DNA of 64,000 bases from Spirochaetia bacterium. Its GTDB lineage: Bacteria > Spirochaetota > Spirochaetia > DSM-2461. The stretch covers positions 2,272,001 to 2,336,000 of the forward strand of contig CAXXIA010000002.1 of assembly GCA_963666985.2 (NCBI GenBank). Direction: 5' to 3'. Made by a program: the position numbers and the translations under genes. The notes under the pieces are model-generated. The model was not told where the DNA came from and made no database searches. It saw only the letters and a program-made list of their open reading frames with translations. Shown here piece by piece: positions 47,002 through 57,510 of this stretch (within the stretch, counting starts at the first letter, position 1; the number at the start of each line of letters is the position of its first letter).

Positions 47002-48489
47002 TTAGCTGTTTATTGTTACAGCTTCTTTCCCGAATTTCTCAAAGTATCCTTTTGTTCTGAAGAACGCCGGACGCTTATCGACGAGCATTACAATCAAGAA
47101 AACAATCGGACAAGTTATCAGATGGAGAAAAACAACATGAGGTAAGCCTGATGAGATTCCCGGAATTGCATACCATGCAACTATGTCGAGAAAACTCATA
47201 AGAATTATTGCGTTGGCCGTACTCTTTCGGCAGGCTTTCGGGATGTAGAGTGAAGCGATAAGAATGATGAAATAGCCCACACTTAGTGATAATCCCATTG
47301 TTGTGAACTTAAGGAGGGAATCAATATAGAATGCCGTGAAAAGGGCAATAAGGGAGAAAATAATACAAGCAGTCTTTGATAAGAGTATTTCCTTTTTATT
47401 GTTGGTTTTTTTACCTTTCTGCAATGGTCTGTAGACATCGTTAATAAAAAGGGCTGAGCCTCCAAGGATGTAAGTAGTTGCCGAAGAGACAACCGCTGCC
47501 CAGAGCCCCGCAAGAACGATACCTCCGATAATGCCGGGGAATGTCGTTACAACCATGGGAAGTGCCGCCGCGGTATTTTCAAGACCGGGGAAAAGATTGG
47601 TTGCGGCCATGCCCAGAAGGGCAGTAAAAAAACCGAAAGGCAGTACAAGCAGTCCGGCGATTAAGAATCCCCAGAATGCCGCTTTTTCATTTTTTGCGGA
47701 GAAAGCCGGCTGAATTGAGGCTGTGCCCGTCGGAACGTTAACCAGAAAAAGAAGGAGATAAGATATTGTTACTCCAAGTGTAAGTCCCTTAACCGGATGA
47801 AGATATAAACTTCGATCGGGAAGATTATTCACCATGGTGGTCAATCCCCCCGCTTGGGTTATCGAAAAGATAACCGCAATTGCTATACTGATATATAAAA
47901 GAACGATGTTGATTATGTTTGTTACACCGGCGGAAGATAATCCGCCGATCATCGCAATTGATATAAAGAGAAATGCCGACAAGATCATTCCTCCATTCAT
48001 GGAGAAGAACTGCGGCAACAGGCTGTTGAGGATGGCTCCTCCGGCAATATACTGGGATACCATGATCGTATAGATCATGAAAATTTGCCCAATAGATACA
48101 AGAGTTCGAGTCAACTCGCCGTAATAATCGCCATAGATTTCGGTTATTGTCGTAAGATTAAGTTTTCTTAGCTTCCTTACAAAAAGAAGTGCCGTAATGA
48201 TTATTCCAATACCGAAAGCACCGTCGTACCATCCGGCCGAGATACCGAACTTGTATCCGTTCTGGGCGATTCCAACGGTTCCATTTGCGCCAATGGCGGA
48301 ACCGACCAGGGTGAACATAACCAGAAAGGGACCAAATGATTTTCCCGCAAGCAGGAATCCTTCGGCGTTAGCCTCGGAATTGTTGATCCGTTCCAATCGC
48401 TTTTGTCTTATCTTTGCATAGAATGCAAAGATGAACAAAGCGAGCATGTATACTATTACAACTGATAGTGCTATTAGCTTACTATTCAT
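47002..48489 (-). CDS. Sodium:solute symporter (SSS family)
   Basis: FLLAGK, IGA..TVG, YG, GG..S...T, AA..SS motifs; about 13 TM segments. Confidence 0.9.
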   Translation of the reverse strand: MNSKLIALSVVIVYMLALFIFAFYAKIRQKRLERINNSEANAEGFLLAGKSFGPFLVMFTLVGSAIGANGTVGIAQNGYKFGISAGWYDGAFGIGIIITALLFVRKLRKLNLTTITEIYGDYYGELTRTLVSIGQIFMIYTIMVSQYIAGGAILNSLLPQFFSMNGGMILSAFLFISIAMIGGLSSAGVTNIINIVLLYISIAIAVIFSITQAGGLTTMVNNLPDRSLYLHPVKGLTLGVTISYLLLFLVNVPTGTASIQPAFSAKNEKAAFWGFLIAGLLVLPFGFFTALLGMAATNLFPGLENTAAALPMVVTTFPGIIGGIVLAGLWAAVVSSATTYILGGSALFINDVYRPLQKGKKTNNKKEILLSKTACIIFSLIALFTAFYIDSLLKFTTMGLSLSVGYFIILIASLYIPKACRKSTANAIILMSFLDIVAWYAIPGISSGLPHVVFLHLITCPIVFLIVMLVDKRPAFFRTKGYFEKFGKEAVTINS

Positions 48490-48701
48490 TATCTATAATC
48501 CTTTGATTTATTAATCTGATACCCGCAAGAACCGGCTTTCCAGGGAAATTGCTAAATGCTTTCCCTTTGCTACACGATGACAACAGTTTCACCATTCCAT
48601 TGAATTCGTGTGAAAGATTAAGCCGCATTCCGAATGTCCTTTTATGGAGACTCGCTATGAAGCTCAATCGTCCTTGATTCAAGGTATCCGTGAATCTTAA
48701 C

Positions 48702-48717
48702 AGCAATTCCTGTGCCA
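48702..48717 (-). promoter_or_regulatory. Sigma54 (-24/-12) promoter for the SSS-buk-ptb-DASS operon
   Basis: Minus strand reads TGGCAC-AGGAA-TTGCT, an exact consensus match. Confidence 0.8.
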
Positions 48718-48949
48718 ATAAAAATAATTCCACGCTGTTTTATTAAGATGATTTTTTAAGCCTACGAATGAAAAGCTCCGTGTTGGGAAATAGAGAATTA
48801 TGTCTTGAATTCCCTACACTTTCCTGGGGAATCACTCTGTTCGATATCGGGCTTTAAAAGAGGACGGTGTGATCTTATTTTAACGGCTGCTGTTGTATAA
48901 GCTCGATTATCGGGATATTCCAAAGATTGTTTTTTTTAAATTATCCGGA

Positions 48950-48965
48950 TGGCATATAAATTGCA
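48950..48965 (+). promoter_or_regulatory. Sigma54 (-24/-12) promoter for BKACE 2
   Basis: TGGCAT-ATAAA-TTGCA, ending 57 bp before the ATG. Confidence 0.75.
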
Positions 48966-49022
48966 AAAACATTAAGTCAACAGTTTCACCGAATTAAACA
49001 GAAAAACCAAGGAGACTTAATA

Positions 49023-49904
49023 ATGGCAAGGAAAGTAATTATTACGGCGGCTCTCACCGGGGCGTTTCATGGAAAAGAAGTCAATCCCAATCTTCCGGAA
49101 CAGCCCGATGAAATTGCCCAGCAGGTACAAGATTGCTGCAATGCGGGAGCATCAATTGCCCACATCCATGCAAGAGACAAGAACGGGAAATCCAGTGTTG
49201 ATCCGGCCATATTCAGTGAGATAAACAGTAAAGTCAGAGCCAGATGTCCGATTATTATTCAGAATTCAACGGCTCCGGCCACTCGCGACGGAGCTGTGGC
49301 TGATGACGGATTGGCTCTTCTGAATGCGAAAGATGTTGTTCTCCCTGAGATGTGCTCTCTTGACTGTTCTCTCATTGCCACTACCTGGCAAGATCGTACA
49401 TGGATTTATGAGTGGACCAGAGAATGGCTGATAAAAGCATCAAAACTTATGCATGAAAAGAAGATTAAGCCGGAATTGGAGATTTTTAATCCCACATCAA
49501 TTGAAGATGTGGTTAATTATGTCTATCCCTCGGGTTATCTTAAGGAACCGCTTTCTTTCAGCTTTGTTATGGGTATGGATAAAGCCAGTCAGCAGGCGAT
49601 GGAATTTTCGATTGATAATCTAATGTATATGATTAATAAAATTCCTAAAGGCAGTTTTTTTTCCTGTCTGGCTATTGCTCAGCACCAGCTCCCCGGCACA
49701 GGACTGGCCATGCTTCTAGGCGGAAATATTCGGGTTGGAATGGAAGATAATGTGTTTTATCGAAAGGGAGAGCTTGCCAAAAGCAATGCTCAACTGGTTG
49801 AACGAGCAGCCGGAATTGTCAGGGAATTTGGTTTTGAAGTGGCTACTCCGGAAGAAGCCAGATCGATGTTGGGTATTCCTCAGCTTGCTGAGAGCGGCAG
49901 ATAA
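49023..49904 (+). CDS. Beta-keto acid cleavage enzyme (BKACE/DUF849), second copy
   Basis: ITAALTGA, PEQPDEIA, HIHARD, KPELE, RVGMEDN, ATPEEAR. Confidence 0.92.
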   Translation: MARKVIITAALTGAFHGKEVNPNLPEQPDEIAQQVQDCCNAGASIAHIHARDKNGKSSVDPAIFSEINSKVRARCPIIIQNSTAPATRDGAVADDGLALLNAKDVVLPEMCSLDCSLIATTWQDRTWIYEWTREWLIKASKLMHEKKIKPELEIFNPTSIEDVVNYVYPSGYLKEPLSFSFVMGMDKASQQAMEFSIDNLMYMINKIPKGSFFSCLAIAQHQLPGTGLAMLLGGNIRVGMEDNVFYRKGELAKSNAQLVERAAGIVREFGFEVATPEEARSMLGIPQLAESGR

Positions 49905-49935
49905 ACAAATCTGATTTTCAAGTCCTGCATGTCGT

Positions 49936-49968
49936 CGGAGAGATGAAAAAGTTCATTTCTCCGCTTTG
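49936..49968 (+). terminator. Probable terminator after BKACE 2
   Basis: CGGAGAGATGAA / TTCATTTCTCCG stem with a weak U-tract. Confidence 0.4.
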
Positions 49969-50318
49969 CATTCAATTTATGATGATTACTGATTCCGATT
50001 GATTAGAAAAGATCGAATGTTTATTAAATCACTTTTTTAAAATTCTGAAAACAAAACGGAACGGCGCAATCCAACTGTTTGAATTAAATGCCGAAGACTG
50101 TGGAATCGGAACAGTTTTTGTTTTTAAAGTTTCTTGCGATCTGGTAATTCCGGCTTTACAATAATGTGCGATTCAATTCGGCGGTTTTTAAATATCTTCG
50201 GAAATACGGGATTCGGCTGTCGGGAATAATTTGTAAATGGTGACTATTCACAGCTTAAGAGAAAAAACATATTTTTACAGCATGATTTATAAGCTTCTAT
50301 GTTGGAGATCGGAATCAT

Positions 50319-51734
50319 ATGTGCCTAAGCAACTGGCTTGAAGATGGAACCCTGGATTTGGAAACGAAGGCTTTTTTAGCCAATACCAGTATGGAGATTC
50401 TCGGTGGTATTGTAATTATTGATGAAAATGGCCGGATTGTTTATATGAATGATAAGTATGCCGATTCCATGCAGATTGATAAGAGTACGGCACTCGGAAG
50501 AAATATCGGTGAAATCATTGAGAATACCGAGATGCTCAGTGTTCTTAATTCAGGAAGAACGGATATCGGAGTGCTTTACTCAAGGAATGACAACAATTTT
50601 ATTGTTAATCGTTTTCCTATAATAAAGGATAATAAAATAGTTGGAGAAATCGGGCATTCCACATTTGCTGATATATACGAACATGAGAAATTGAAAAAAA
50701 AGATCAATTATATAAAACGAGAGCTTAACTATTACAAATCCCGAGTAAAAGCGTCGACAACCGCCAAGTATAGCCTTGATGATATTGTTACTGAAAATGA
50801 AGATATGCTGGAACTGAAAAGATTGACGGCGAAAATTGCCTCTACAAGATCCACTGTATTGATTTCGGGGGAGAGCGGTACGGGAAAGGAACTCTTTGCT
50901 CATGCTGTCCATGCATTGAGCCCTCGTTCTCAGAATCCTTTCATTCGGATCAACTGTGCCGCAATACCCGATAATCTATTGGAATCGGAGCTTTTCGGTT
51001 ATGAAGAGGGCTCCTTTACCGGAGCTGTTAAAGGGGGTAAAAAGGGTCTCTTTGAGGAAGCTCACGGAGGTACGATCCTTTTGGATGAGGTTGATTCTCT
51101 GTCGGTCAATCTGCAATCAAAACTTCTTCGAACAATACAGGAACGCGAAATAAAGAAGATCGGAGGCATCAATACAATAAATATCGATATCAGATTTATC
51201 TTTACTACGAATAAAAGTCTTCAGGATATGGTTGATAAAGGGACTTTCCGAGAGGATCTGTATTATCGAATAAATGTTGTTAACCTTAAAATACCTCCTC
51301 TCCGCGAAAGGATGGATGATCTTTTATTGCTGGTGGATCGTTTAATTGAGAAACTGAACCATGAACTTGGAATGAATATCGTCGGTATTGAAAAAGAAGC
51401 GTTCAAACTGCTTTGCGGCTGGCGGTGGCCGGGAAATATCAGAGAACTGGAAAACTGTCTTGAGAGGGCCTTTAATTATGCTTTATGTGGTTCTTTAAAA
51501 AAGGATCATTTTGAATATCTGGTCAATCAGGATTCGGGACGTTTGCCCGCCGAAGAGGAGTCTGATAACTGCCTTTCTTTACGGGGAGTTAGAGCTTCTG
51601 CTGAAAGGGATACCATTATTCGGGTTTTGGAGCTGGTGAGGGGAAATAAAAAAAGGGCGGCTTCGATTCTTGAGATTGATCGAAGTGTTCTTTACGACAA
51701 AATCCATAAATATCGTATTGGCAAAATTGCTTAA
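50319..51734 (+). CDS. Sigma54-dependent transcriptional activator (PAS-AAA+-Fis HTH)
   Basis: PAS-like N-terminus, GESGTGKE, NCAAIP, ESELFG, GSFTGA, FREDLYYR, WPGNIREL, GNKKRAA HTH. Confidence 0.93.
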   Translation: MCLSNWLEDGTLDLETKAFLANTSMEILGGIVIIDENGRIVYMNDKYADSMQIDKSTALGRNIGEIIENTEMLSVLNSGRTDIGVLYSRNDNNFIVNRFPIIKDNKIVGEIGHSTFADIYEHEKLKKKINYIKRELNYYKSRVKASTTAKYSLDDIVTENEDMLELKRLTAKIASTRSTVLISGESGTGKELFAHAVHALSPRSQNPFIRINCAAIPDNLLESELFGYEEGSFTGAVKGGKKGLFEEAHGGTILLDEVDSLSVNLQSKLLRTIQEREIKKIGGINTINIDIRFIFTTNKSLQDMVDKGTFREDLYYRINVVNLKIPPLRERMDDLLLLVDRLIEKLNHELGMNIVGIEKEAFKLLCGWRWPGNIRELENCLERAFNYALCGSLKKDHFEYLVNQDSGRLPAEEESDNCLSLRGVRASAERDTIIRVLELVRGNKKRAASILEIDRSVLYDKIHKYRIGKIA

Positions 51735-51864
51735 TTCCGCCTTTGGGAAAAACGCTCTTATCGAACAGGGCCTTTTCGTTTATTTCCTTCCCGATAATCG
51801 GCCCGATTCGTTCGGAATGATTATCGAAGAGATCCCGGAGAAAACCGAGATCTCTTCGCAGGGA

Positions 51865-52338
51865 TCAGTTTTCCGTTAAGCTGACGATTTCGTCGACCGA
51901 AATAATCGCATCCAGATTCAAGATCATCGTCATGTCTTCTTTCATCCGCGCAATTCCCAGAAGATACTGCGACTTCATCTTTAAGCCCAAACGCGGTGTT
52001 TCTTCCATATCCTTATGAGTGATATCCACCACCTCACGAACCGAATCCACGGCAAGACCGAGATTATAGACTCCGGACTTCCCGATAACGTCCACGATAA
52101 TGAAAACCGTTTTGTCGTCGTAATCCACCTCGGGAAGCCCGAACTTACTACGAAGATCCAGCACCGGGATAATCTTTCCCCTGAGATTAATCACACCTTT
52201 GATATAATCCAGAGTCTTGCGCACCGGCGTAATCTTCTCGTGTCGGATGATTTCCCGCACCTTGATGATGGGAATCGCATACGATTCGGAAAGAATGGTG
52301 AAAATTAAATGTTTTTCGCTCTTCTGTATGTCACTCAT
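51865..52338 (-). CDS. cheW: Chemotaxis coupling protein CheW
   Basis: VREII, GVINLRGKIIPVLDLR, GLAVDSV. Confidence 0.95.
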   Translation of the reverse strand: MSDIQKSEKHLIFTILSESYAIPIIKVREIIRHEKITPVRKTLDYIKGVINLRGKIIPVLDLRSKFGLPEVDYDDKTVFIIVDVIGKSGVYNLGLAVDSVREVVDITHKDMEETPRLGLKMKSQYLLGIARMKEDMTMILNLDAIISVDEIVSLTEN

Positions 52339-52340
52339 TT

Positions 52341-54263
52341 TTAAAACTCGCTGAATTCTTTTTCGAGAGGGATTTGTTCTTCCGCGCTGCCAAGATCGAT
52401 TCCGGTTCCGCCGACCGGGACTTTGAGTTTTTCTTTCTTCGGCTCTTTAACCTCCCGCTTATCGGACGGGCGGAGTGCACTTTCCCTTGAATATTCCGCG
52501 TTTTTTTCCGCCGCCCCCTGCCGTTCCGAACTTCCTTTAACGATGATGTTCAGCCGATCCACCACTCCGTTGAGGCCTTCGGCCTGGGCCAGCAGCTCCT
52601 CGCTGGCCGCGGCCGTCTCTTCGGCGCCGGCCGCCGTCTGCTGTACAACGGAGTTGGTTTGGGTAATCGCGCCCGTGATTTGATTGATGCCCTTCATCTG
52701 TTCCTTGGAAGCCCGATTCACCTCGTCGAGGAGCACGCTGACTTTTCCGGCCAGTTCACCCGCGGCGGCCTGGACTTCCAGAACTTCACTGCCGAGAGTC
52801 TCGCCTTTAACGGCGCTGTCGAGAGCATTCTCAATCAGTGAAGATGTTTCCTTCGCCGCTTCCGAACTTTTATGGGCCAATTCCTTCACTTGGTCGGCGA
52901 CTACCGCGAATCCCCGGCCGGCTTCTCCGGCCCGGGCGGCTTCCACGGCGGCGTTCAGCGCAAGGATGTTCGTCTGAAAGGCGATGTCCTCGATTACCTT
53001 GATGATCTTTTCTATTTTCCGGCTGTTCTCGCCGATTTCGTTGATCGCCGTCTTCAGTTCCACCATCTGAGCGGTTACTTTCTGGGCTCCCTCGTTGGTT
53101 TCTTTCATCATCAGTTCGCTCTGATTGATGTTTTTGGTGTTCAACTCAACCACGGACTGGAGTTCCTCCAGTGAGGAAGTAATTTCCTCGATGCTCGATG
53201 CCAGCGCCGAAGAGCCGCTGGAGAGTTCCTGGCTGGAAGAGGAAATCTGATAAGAGGCCGCTTCCAGGTTGTTCGATCCCGAGGCGAGGTTGTTGGTAAT
53301 CTTTGAAATAGGCCGGCCCACCATCAGCATGATTCCAAAGATCATGATGATTATGAGCGCCGCCAAAGACACGGCGCTGATGATCAGGATTTGGTTCCTC
53401 ATTCGGAGAGAAAGACCGACCAAATCCTTTTCGTCGATAGTGGCTGTGACAATCCAGGGCATGGATTCCAATTTCTGGAAAAACTGATACCTCATCAGTC
53501 CCTTTTGGCGATCGCTTTCATAGTAGACGAATCCGGACGTTTCCGAACTGGTAATGATGTCATGGATATAGGATGTGTTGCTGATATCTTTTCCGCATTC
53601 GTCGAGGGCTATCTCTTTTGCGATAAGATTCCCTCTGTCGTCGAACAGATACGCGTATCCAGATTCACCGTATTTTTCCGGAAAAATGTAGTCTTCGGAG
53701 AGTGCGATCATATCGAGGCTTGCAATCATGATTCCCGCGAACTTTCCGTTCACAACCACAGGCGCATATAAACTGAGAATGAAGGTTCCGTCATTCACCA
53801 TGTGCGGATACGGATCGATATAGCATGATGTACTCAGGGATGAAATCGGCTGCCAGCCGTCGTCTCCCGTTACGTTCATGCCGATGTATTTCTTCTTCGG
53901 ATAGCTTGCCACGATATTCCCATCGGCGTCGGCAAATTTCAAATTGTCGGCATTCACCAGGCCGCCAAAACTTGCTTCCGCAATCACCTGCAGCGCCGCT
54001 GCGGGATTCTTGTCCCGGTAAGCGCCGAGTATGGCCGTCTGCTGTGCCGCATGAGCTAAGCGGAGCTTGTAGACTTCGATAACCTGATCCATCTCCGCCC
54101 GCAGCAGTCGTGAGGACTGTTCCATATTCGCCCTCTGAGTTTCGGTGACTCCTTCCCTGATTTGACGGCTAACCAGCACCGTAATCAAACCCAGAACGAT
54201 AACGAACAGAATTACAACAATACCGATAATCTTTATCGACAATCCCATCGAACGTTTTTTCAT
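52341..54263 (-). CDS. Methyl-accepting chemotaxis protein with Cache-like periplasmic domain
   Basis: 2 TM segments, PY and GYAY Cache hallmarks, [30 protein letters not shown]. Confidence 0.93.
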   Translation of the reverse strand: MKKRSMGLSIKIIGIVVILFVIVLGLITVLVSRQIREGVTETQRANMEQSSRLLRAEMDQVIEVYKLRLAHAAQQTAILGAYRDKNPAAALQVIAEASFGGLVNADNLKFADADGNIVASYPKKKYIGMNVTGDDGWQPISSLSTSCYIDPYPHMVNDGTFILSLYAPVVVNGKFAGIMIASLDMIALSEDYIFPEKYGESGYAYLFDDRGNLIAKEIALDECGKDISNTSYIHDIITSSETSGFVYYESDRQKGLMRYQFFQKLESMPWIVTATIDEKDLVGLSLRMRNQILIISAVSLAALIIIMIFGIMLMVGRPISKITNNLASGSNNLEAASYQISSSSQELSSGSSALASSIEEITSSLEELQSVVELNTKNINQSELMMKETNEGAQKVTAQMVELKTAINEIGENSRKIEKIIKVIEDIAFQTNILALNAAVEAARAGEAGRGFAVVADQVKELAHKSSEAAKETSSLIENALDSAVKGETLGSEVLEVQAAAGELAGKVSVLLDEVNRASKEQMKGINQITGAITQTNSVVQQTAAGAEETAAASEELLAQAEGLNGVVDRLNIIVKGSSERQGAAEKNAEYSRESALRPSDKREVKEPKKEKLKVPVGGTGIDLGSAEEQIPLEKEFSEF

Positions 54264-54270
54264 CTTACCG

Positions 54271-54633
54271 CTACTCCTTAATGATCATTTTGATGACATT
54301 CATCAATTGCTTTTCGTTGAATGGTTTAATCATCCAGCCCGTTGCTCCGAGGCTCTTCGCCTTGGCCATCTTCGATTTGTCCGTTTCGGTTGTCAGCATT
54401 ACCACCGGTGTGGATGCGTCGAACTTCCGCAATTCTTCCAGCATCGTCAGACCGTCCATTACAGGCATGTTGATATCCAGGATGTACAGCCGAATCCCGC
54501 CCGACATCTCTTTGGCCTTTTCCAGCCCCGCCGCTCCGTTTTCGGCCTCCGCCACGTCGGTGTAGCTGTTCATTGTCAAAGCTTTCTTGATGACGTCCCG
54601 GCCGATCGCCGAATCGTCCACGATCAATATCAT
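54271..54633 (-). CDS. cheY: CheY-like single-domain response regulator
   Basis: IVDD, DINMP.MDG, MLTTE, KPF; 120 aa. Confidence 0.9.
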   Translation of the reverse strand: MILIVDDSAIGRDVIKKALTMNSYTDVAEAENGAAGLEKAKEMSGGIRLYILDINMPVMDGLTMLEELRKFDASTPVVMLTTETDKSKMAKAKSLGATGWMIKPFNEKQLMNVIKMIIKE

Positions 54634-54645
54634 CCTTATTTCCCC

Positions 54646-56811
54646 CTACTGACTTGACTGCGCCTTTTTAATGAACTCGTCGATATCAACCACGAACCCT
54701 ATCGTTCCGTCGCCGAAAATCGTTCCCCCCGAAAACAGGTTCATCTCCCTGAGCACCTCGTTCAGACTCTTAATTACGATCTCCTGTTTCCCAATCACCT
54801 CGTCCACGGCGATTCCGTACAGCGAATCTTCATAGCTGATCAGAAGGATCACATACTCCCCGGCTTTCTTTTCCGTCATCCGGCCGCCGACGAGTTCTTC
54901 GGTGAAAATCACCGGGATATGACGTTCCTGGTCGTATAGGATTACTTCACCGTCTTCCATCCGGCGCACGTTTTCCCTGTTCGGCACCACGATGCCTTTG
55001 ATCAGATTGAACGAGAAGATATAGCGTTCTTCACCGACTCGGGTTACGAAGCCGTCGATAATCGCCAGAGTCAGAGGAAGACGAATCCGGAATGAAGTTC
55101 CTTCTTTTTCCTTGGAACGCACTTCCACCTTTCCGTGGATCTTCTCAAGGTTCATCTTCACAACATCCAGACCGACACCCCGGCCGGAAAGTTCGGTTAC
55201 CTTCTTTGCCGTGGAAAAACCGGGATTGAACATCAGCTCATAGCACAGCTTCTCGTCGGCCAGGTAACGCGTCTCGTCTTCTTTTTTTACAAGTTTTTTC
55301 TCTAGCGCTTTCTTCACGATTTCGCGGCGGTCGATGCCTTTCCCGTCGTCCCTCACGGTTACTTCGATTCCGTTACCCTTGTGCTCCGCCGTGATTGCAA
55401 TCCGTCCTACGGGATTCTTTCCCGAGACCTCCCTCTCTTCGGTTCCCTCCAGACCGTGATCCACCGCGTTGCGAACGATGTGCACCAGCGGATCGTGAAT
55501 CGCTTCGATGAGGTTTCGATCCAGCTCCGTATCCTCGCCCGTTATCGCCGTTTCCACCATTTTCCCCGTGTCTCTCGAAGCGTTGCGGATTACAACCCGG
55601 AGCTTGTTGAACACCTCCGCGATCGGAACCATGCCCATCGACAGCACGATGTTCTTGATGTTCGTCGTTATCTGATTCAGCTGATGAAGTTCCCTCTCCT
55701 GGACCTGAATCCCCGAGAGCACTTCCTCACGGATCATCGACTGGTTCACCACCAGTTCCCCGACCATGTCCACAAGGTCGTTCAGCCTTGCCGCGGCCAC
55801 CTTCACGTACGAAAACCGGTTCTTTTGCGCCGTCTGAACTCGAACCGCCCGCTCTATGTCTTCCTCGGCGAGCTCCTCTTCTTCTTCCAGGGCGATCTCG
55901 CCGAACCGGCGGTTCTCCGTTTTCTGCCGACTCAGGATTTCCCGGATTTTTCCGTTGTCGATTTTTCCCAGGTCGCTCAGGATTTCGCCGATTTTCTTCG
56001 TTCGCCGTTCGGCCGTGATTTTTCTGATTACCCGGACGATCGGACGGATGTCGATTCCGAGGAAGCTTTTAATAATCCTCTCCCTGTCGTAATCCGCCCC
56101 GTCGAACACCGCCGCCATGTCTTTGACGAAGCCGATGCTGTAGAACACGATGTCCACAAGCTCCGGGCTCACCGGAATCTCACCGTCCCGAACCAGGGCC
56201 AGCATGTTTTCGATGTAATGCGCCGTTTCCTCAAGGTTTTTTACCCCGAGGAACGCCGAGGAGCTTTTGATCGTATGGAAGCCTCGGAATATCGTGTTGA
56301 TGTTCTCCTGATTGTTCGGGTCGTATTCCAGCTCCAGCAGCGCGATCTGCACGTTTTCAAGGTGTTCGTGGATTTCCGATACGAACTTCCGGAGCATCTC
56401 AACATCTTCAATCAGTCCCTCGAACCATTCGGGCGTTACGATCAGTTCCGCGTCTTTCTCATCTTCTTTCGTATCTTCCTCCGCCTCTTTCTCCGATGTC
56501 GGGAAGAACTTACTCAGAACGGCGGCGGCATCTTCGGGATTGATGTTGTTTTTTTGCGACGCCCGAAGCAGGCGTTCTATTTCCGCGATGAATTCTTTCT
56601 GTGATTTCAGGACGACGAGGTTATTGAAGAAAGGGAGAATTATTTCGGAGATTTGCCCGAGAAGATCGTCTTTATGCGTTTCCGCAATGGATTGCAATCG
56701 AACCCCGATTGTTGAAAGAACGATGAGATTCCCTTCTTCGAAATTTTCAAGAAGAGGCCATAATTCCGCGATATCTCCGACTGTTTCCGAAACGTTTTTT
56801 GACTTTTTCAT
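54646..56811 (-). CDS. cheA: Chemotaxis histidine kinase CheA with MshEN-like insert
   Basis: Hpt FRGFHTIKS, DLVDMVGELV, HIVRNAVDHG, DDGKG, PGFSTA, SGRGVGLDVV, LPLTL, CheW-like C-terminus. Start taken after AGGAG (alternative 56850). Confidence 0.93.
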   Translation of the reverse strand: MKKSKNVSETVGDIAELWPLLENFEEGNLIVLSTIGVRLQSIAETHKDDLLGQISEIILPFFNNLVVLKSQKEFIAEIERLLRASQKNNINPEDAAAVLSKFFPTSEKEAEEDTKEDEKDAELIVTPEWFEGLIEDVEMLRKFVSEIHEHLENVQIALLELEYDPNNQENINTIFRGFHTIKSSSAFLGVKNLEETAHYIENMLALVRDGEIPVSPELVDIVFYSIGFVKDMAAVFDGADYDRERIIKSFLGIDIRPIVRVIRKITAERRTKKIGEILSDLGKIDNGKIREILSRQKTENRRFGEIALEEEEELAEEDIERAVRVQTAQKNRFSYVKVAAARLNDLVDMVGELVVNQSMIREEVLSGIQVQERELHQLNQITTNIKNIVLSMGMVPIAEVFNKLRVVIRNASRDTGKMVETAITGEDTELDRNLIEAIHDPLVHIVRNAVDHGLEGTEEREVSGKNPVGRIAITAEHKGNGIEVTVRDDGKGIDRREIVKKALEKKLVKKEDETRYLADEKLCYELMFNPGFSTAKKVTELSGRGVGLDVVKMNLEKIHGKVEVRSKEKEGTSFRIRLPLTLAIIDGFVTRVGEERYIFSFNLIKGIVVPNRENVRRMEDGEVILYDQERHIPVIFTEELVGGRMTEKKAGEYVILLISYEDSLYGIAVDEVIGKQEIVIKSLNEVLREMNLFSGGTIFGDGTIGFVVDIDEFIKKAQSSQ

Positions 56812-56896
56812 GCTACGGAACTCCTGTTGTTTCGCTTTTCTTATCGTCATGAACCATCAGGAGATCAATAATTTTTTACGTCCGCTATCTCGTTAT

Positions 56897-56905
56897 ATTA
56901 TAACA
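56897..56905 (-). promoter_or_regulatory. Extended -10 element upstream of cheA
   Basis: Minus strand reads TGTTATAAT; the region is AT-rich, so a chance match is possible. Confidence 0.4.
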
Positions 56906-57510
56906 AATTGCAAAAATTGAACGAATGTTTTAGAAGCAAGTGATTGCTAATGGATTAAAGGATTTTTTTTATATATATTACGATTGTATATTCATCGGAA
57001 TATCAAATTAAGTTATTCATTTTTCTTTCAAGAATAATCTTAATTCGTCTAAACATTTATATTATAAAAGTTTATCTTTTCATGAATTTAAATAGAAGGA
57101 TATGTGATAAAATAGTGCTTGATTATTATTTTATCCGCCTGCCGTATGATTCATGAAGGAATATCCGGATGGAATTAATAAAAAAACCATTTTCGAATAA
57201 GAAATCAAACGAACAATATTAAGCCTTTTCTTGAAAATATTTTTGTATTTTTTCAGATTATAGAAAGTTGGAAAATTCAAAAATGTCGCAGTTTTCGTCC
57301 GAAAAGACGGGCGGTGAGGATGAGATTTCCTGTGAATATCGGCCTCTTTTCATCGAACGGATCGGTTTTCTCATCAGCCCGAATCGATGGCGAGGACCTT
57401 TTTTAATCCGCGGCGGACGGAAGAAGCCTTAGGCTAAGAAAAAAACTTTCGGGTCGGTCCTATTGGGGGGGGGCGGAGAAAAATGGAGTCCGTATCATTA
57501 TCTTTATATT

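Noticed and set aside
56935..56950. Sigma54 promoter upstream of cheA (minus strand TTAGCAATCACTTGCT)
   Set aside because: It lacks the invariant GG and the spacing is off by one.
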